A stretch of DNA of 64,000 nt from Phoronis australis. Taxonomy: Eukaryota; Animalia; Phoronida. This document shows positions 62,001 through 64,000 of this stretch, in pieces (the first letter of the stretch is position 1; every line of letters begins with the position of its first letter). The stretch covers positions 448,102 through 512,101 of the forward strand of contig NMRA01000079.1 in assembly GCA_002633005.1 (NCBI GenBank), written 5' to 3'. Made by a program: the position numbers and the translations under genes. The notes below the pieces were generated by a model. That model had not been told where the DNA came from. It saw nothing but the letters and a program-made list of their open reading frames with translations, and ran no database searches.

Positions 62001-63872
62001 TAAGCTGGTTTTGTTGTGAGCTCTGTCGCCTCGAGCAGGAACAAAACGTCTTTCACATTAAAGGTAGTCTCCACTGAGCAAGTTCATGCAAGACCTACAA
62101 ACTCTTTTAAGAATCGGAAATCTTAAACCAAACCTTTTTGTCCTTCAACTCCTGGAAATCCCTGTGCGCCATTTTTTCCTTTGTTGCCCTGAGGCCCAAT
62201 ATTCCCGGCTTCTCCCTTAGAACCAGATTCTCCTTTCTCGCCTTTATCCCCTTTGTCACCACGAAATCCAGTCACTCCCGGAGGCCCGGGAAGCCCGCGA
62301 TCCCCCTGGGCGCCACTCTGGCCGACTTTTCCCACCACGCCTTTCTGTCCTTTCGTCCCTGGCAACCCGGTCGCTCCCAATATCCCCGCTAGTCCCTGGG
62401 GACCTCTGTCGCCCTTGTCTCCGCGTGACCCCGACGGACCGACATCTCCTTTGGTGCCCGGAAATCCCTAACAAGTGACAAGACTATCAGCATGTATTGC
62501 CTACACTGAAATGATATGTCAGTAAATTAATTTCATGTTATATTCAATGTTGAAAAGATGGCCGTTAGATTCTCAGTTGTGAACTATTTCAATGTTGAAC
62601 AATTGATAGGCATCACCTTCTTGTATTTCAAAACGTATCCCCACGCTTGACCTAAAACAGAGTGGATTGCATATTGCTTAGACGTATCGTCTAGTACAGA
62701 CATAAACTCACTCTCAGCCCTTGGTCACCCTTATCTCCCCGACTACCCTTGGCGCCGGTCAGACCGTCTGCTCCGCGCGCTCCAGTGGCCCCTGTTTTAC
62801 CAACACCAGGCGCTCCTGGGTTGCCAACTGGTCCAGGTAGTCCGAGAAATCCACGCTCGCCGTTTGCTCCTGGTAATCCAGTTGCACCAGTTTGACCCTC
62901 TGGTCCACTGATGCCGCTCTCTCCAGGTTCACCTTTATCGCCTTTAGATCCACTTGCACCTGTGAAATGAAAGGTAGACACGGTTCTGTCAGTCAAATTC
63001 CTGCATATCTAGGGCCAGTTCATGTTACTGTATACGACAAATAACGGACTTTGATGAAACAAAGATAACATTAGGACACCGTCAGAAACTCATGTCCAAA
63101 ACTTTTGTTGGGGTATTCGTGAAGCAATGTAAGTTGTCATGCACGACACTTACCGCTTTCACCTTTGACACCCGGGAATCCGCGCAGTCCTTGCACACCT
63201 TTCGCCCCACTGGACCCTTTTACGCCCTGTAGTCCTGGCTCACCCTTCCGACCGTTGTTTCCCACCGTGCCTGGAGAGCCTTGGGGACCGGAAATGCCTG
63301 TAAACGCCACCAACGTATTATTAGACAATATAGGCCTTTATAAAAATACAGTATACCCGTATACAAAGCGTGGCCAGGTATCTTATTTTGCTAGCGTAAA
63401 AATCCTTCGGACACAATTTTAGAAATCACTGATTTCACAGGCTGTAAGAATCCCGTCTCACTACAAGAAATTCTAAATGCTCGTTAAAAGAACATGCTCG
63501 CACACTCGTTTTAGTTAGGGTGAACGACAAAATTTTCTTCATCGTCTTCCTTTCACGCTACCTCGTCACTAACCTTGCAAACCCTTCTCTCCTTTATCGC
63601 CTTTTTGTCCCCGAGAACCGCTCTCCCCCTTCACAGAGACACCTGGTGTTCCCTGGATACCAGCGTCACCTGGAAATAAATCATTATCTCACAAGTGGAA
63701 GAAGAAGAAGAAAAAGAAGACGAAAGCTCACCGAATGCCCGATTTTTCGACGTTACAAACGTACCTTTAGTGCCTTTGAGACCCGGCAAGCCGAGTGATC
63801 CTTGATCGCCCTTTGATCCTTTGACTCCTGAGAAACCACGTAGTCCTTGCACACCAGAAGACCCCATTTCTC
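52720..63872 (-). CDS. Long interrupted collagen with C-terminal EGF domains, TM helix and cytoplasmic tail (5' end outside window)
   Basis: complement(join(52720-53060,53351-53452,54638-54784,55105-55230,55484-55588,56340-56444,57395-57568,58341-58592,59311-59454,59653-59769,60080-60259,60676-60861,61545-61697,62134-62467,62712-62959,63154-63297,63574-63669,63765-63872)); one continuous frame, ~1019 aa visible, 782 aa from collagen exons. Confidence 0.88.
53351..53452 (-). CDS. Truncated Ca-binding EGF exon (4 Cys)
   Basis: [34 protein letters not shown]; phase 1-1. Confidence 0.85.
53553..53697. mobile_element. Short inverted-repeat (MITE-like) remnant
   Basis: CGTTCAGTAACGCTAAGACCT pairs with AGGTCCTAGCGTCTACTGAACG. 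Confidence 0.5.
54638..54784 (-). CDS. Ca-binding EGF exon
   Basis: DVNECQLS...[30 protein letters not shown]; phase 1-1. Confidence 0.92.
55105..55230 (-). CDS. EGF exon
   Basis: [42 protein letters not shown]; phase 1-1. Confidence 0.92.
55484..55588 (-). CDS. Last collagen exon
   Basis: [35 protein letters not shown]. Confidence 0.9.
56340..56444 (-). CDS. Collagen exon
   Basis: [35 protein letters not shown]. Confidence 0.9.
57395..57568 (-). CDS. Collagen exon
   Basis: [18 protein letters not shown]...GESIVG...GKSVVGAP. Confidence 0.9.
57671..57893. mobile_element. MITE with perfect 15-bp TIR and 5-bp TSD
   Basis: CTGTA|CATGCGCGCACCCAG ... CTGGGTGCGCGCATG|CTGTA. Confidence 0.88.
58341..58592 (-). 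CDS. Collagen exon with GC donor
   Basis: 252 nt; [10 protein letters not shown]...GQKGLQ; ends AAG|gcgagt. Confidence 0.85.
59311..59454 (-). CDS. Collagen exon
   Basis: 144 nt Gly-X-Y, phase 1-1. Confidence 0.9.
59653..59769 (-). CDS. Collagen exon
   Basis: 117 nt Gly-X-Y, phase 1-1. Confidence 0.9.
60080..60259 (-). CDS. Collagen exon
   Basis: 180 nt Gly-X-Y, phase 1-1. Confidence 0.9.
60676..60861 (-). CDS. Collagen exon
   Basis: 186 nt; [12 protein letters not shown]... Confidence 0.88.
61250..61407. mobile_element. MITE with 5-bp TSD
   Basis: TTAAA|CAGGGGCGGATCCAG ... CTAAATCTGCCACTG|TTAAA. Confidence 0.8.
61545..61697 (-). CDS. Collagen exon
   Basis: 153 nt Gly-X-Y, phase 1-1. 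Confidence 0.9.
62134..62467 (-). CDS. Collagen exon
   Basis: 334 nt, phase 0 to 1; two RGD triplets. Confidence 0.9.
62712..62959 (-). CDS. Collagen exon
   Basis: 248 nt, phase 1 to 0; ends [12 protein letters not shown]|gtgagt. Confidence 0.9.
63154..63297 (-). CDS. Collagen exon
   Basis: 144 nt Gly-X-Y, phase 1-1. Confidence 0.9.
63574..63669 (-). CDS. Collagen exon
   Basis: 96 nt; [32 protein letters not shown]. Confidence 0.88.
63765..63872 (-). CDS. Collagen exon (5'-most visible)
   Basis: 108 nt; [36 protein letters not shown]. Confidence 0.88.
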
Positions 63873-64000
63873 CTTTAAAAGGGAAAGACAGGCGGTAAGA
63901 GGATCCAAGACAAAGCTTTACCAAAAACGGCTCCAATATCAATGGATGTCCATTTCTAACATTCAAGTTATCTACATTTTGATTCTCCAACAATTTCATA

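Noticed and set aside
59340-63422. Pro-rich plus-strand ORFs
   Set aside because: Antisense reading of Gly-X-Y codons (GGN reads NCC)
1274-63872. Functional coupling between the convertase-like gene and the membrane collagen (furin shedding)
   Set aside because: Eukaryotic neighbourhood alone is not evidence, and the stalk (YGVRTKAP) has no R-x-x-R furin site

Overview
Intron-rich eukaryotic (metazoan, probably marine invertebrate) genomic DNA with a 500-N scaffold gap at 106-605. Three spliced genes were rebuilt by hand from splice sites with matching intron phases. (1) + strand, 1274-10889: the 3' part of a PCSK5/furin-2-like gene with furin-like Cys-rich repeats, a TM helix and a sorting tail; no catalytic domain lies in the window. 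(2) - strand, 46956-18003: an apparently complete 17-coding-exon, ~890-aa TTLL6/TTLL13-type tubulin polyglutamylase. (3) - strand, 63872-52720, continuing beyond the window: a collagen with at least 782 aa of interrupted Gly-X-Y followed by 2 full and 1 truncated EGF domains, one C-terminal TM helix and a cytoplasmic tail ending -TRL. Gene 3, an apparent type-I membrane collagen-EGF receptor, is the most unusual element. Introns hold minisatellites, several MITE-like elements with clear TIRs/TSDs, a ~330-bp foldback, a GC-AG intron and decayed exon-like duplications.
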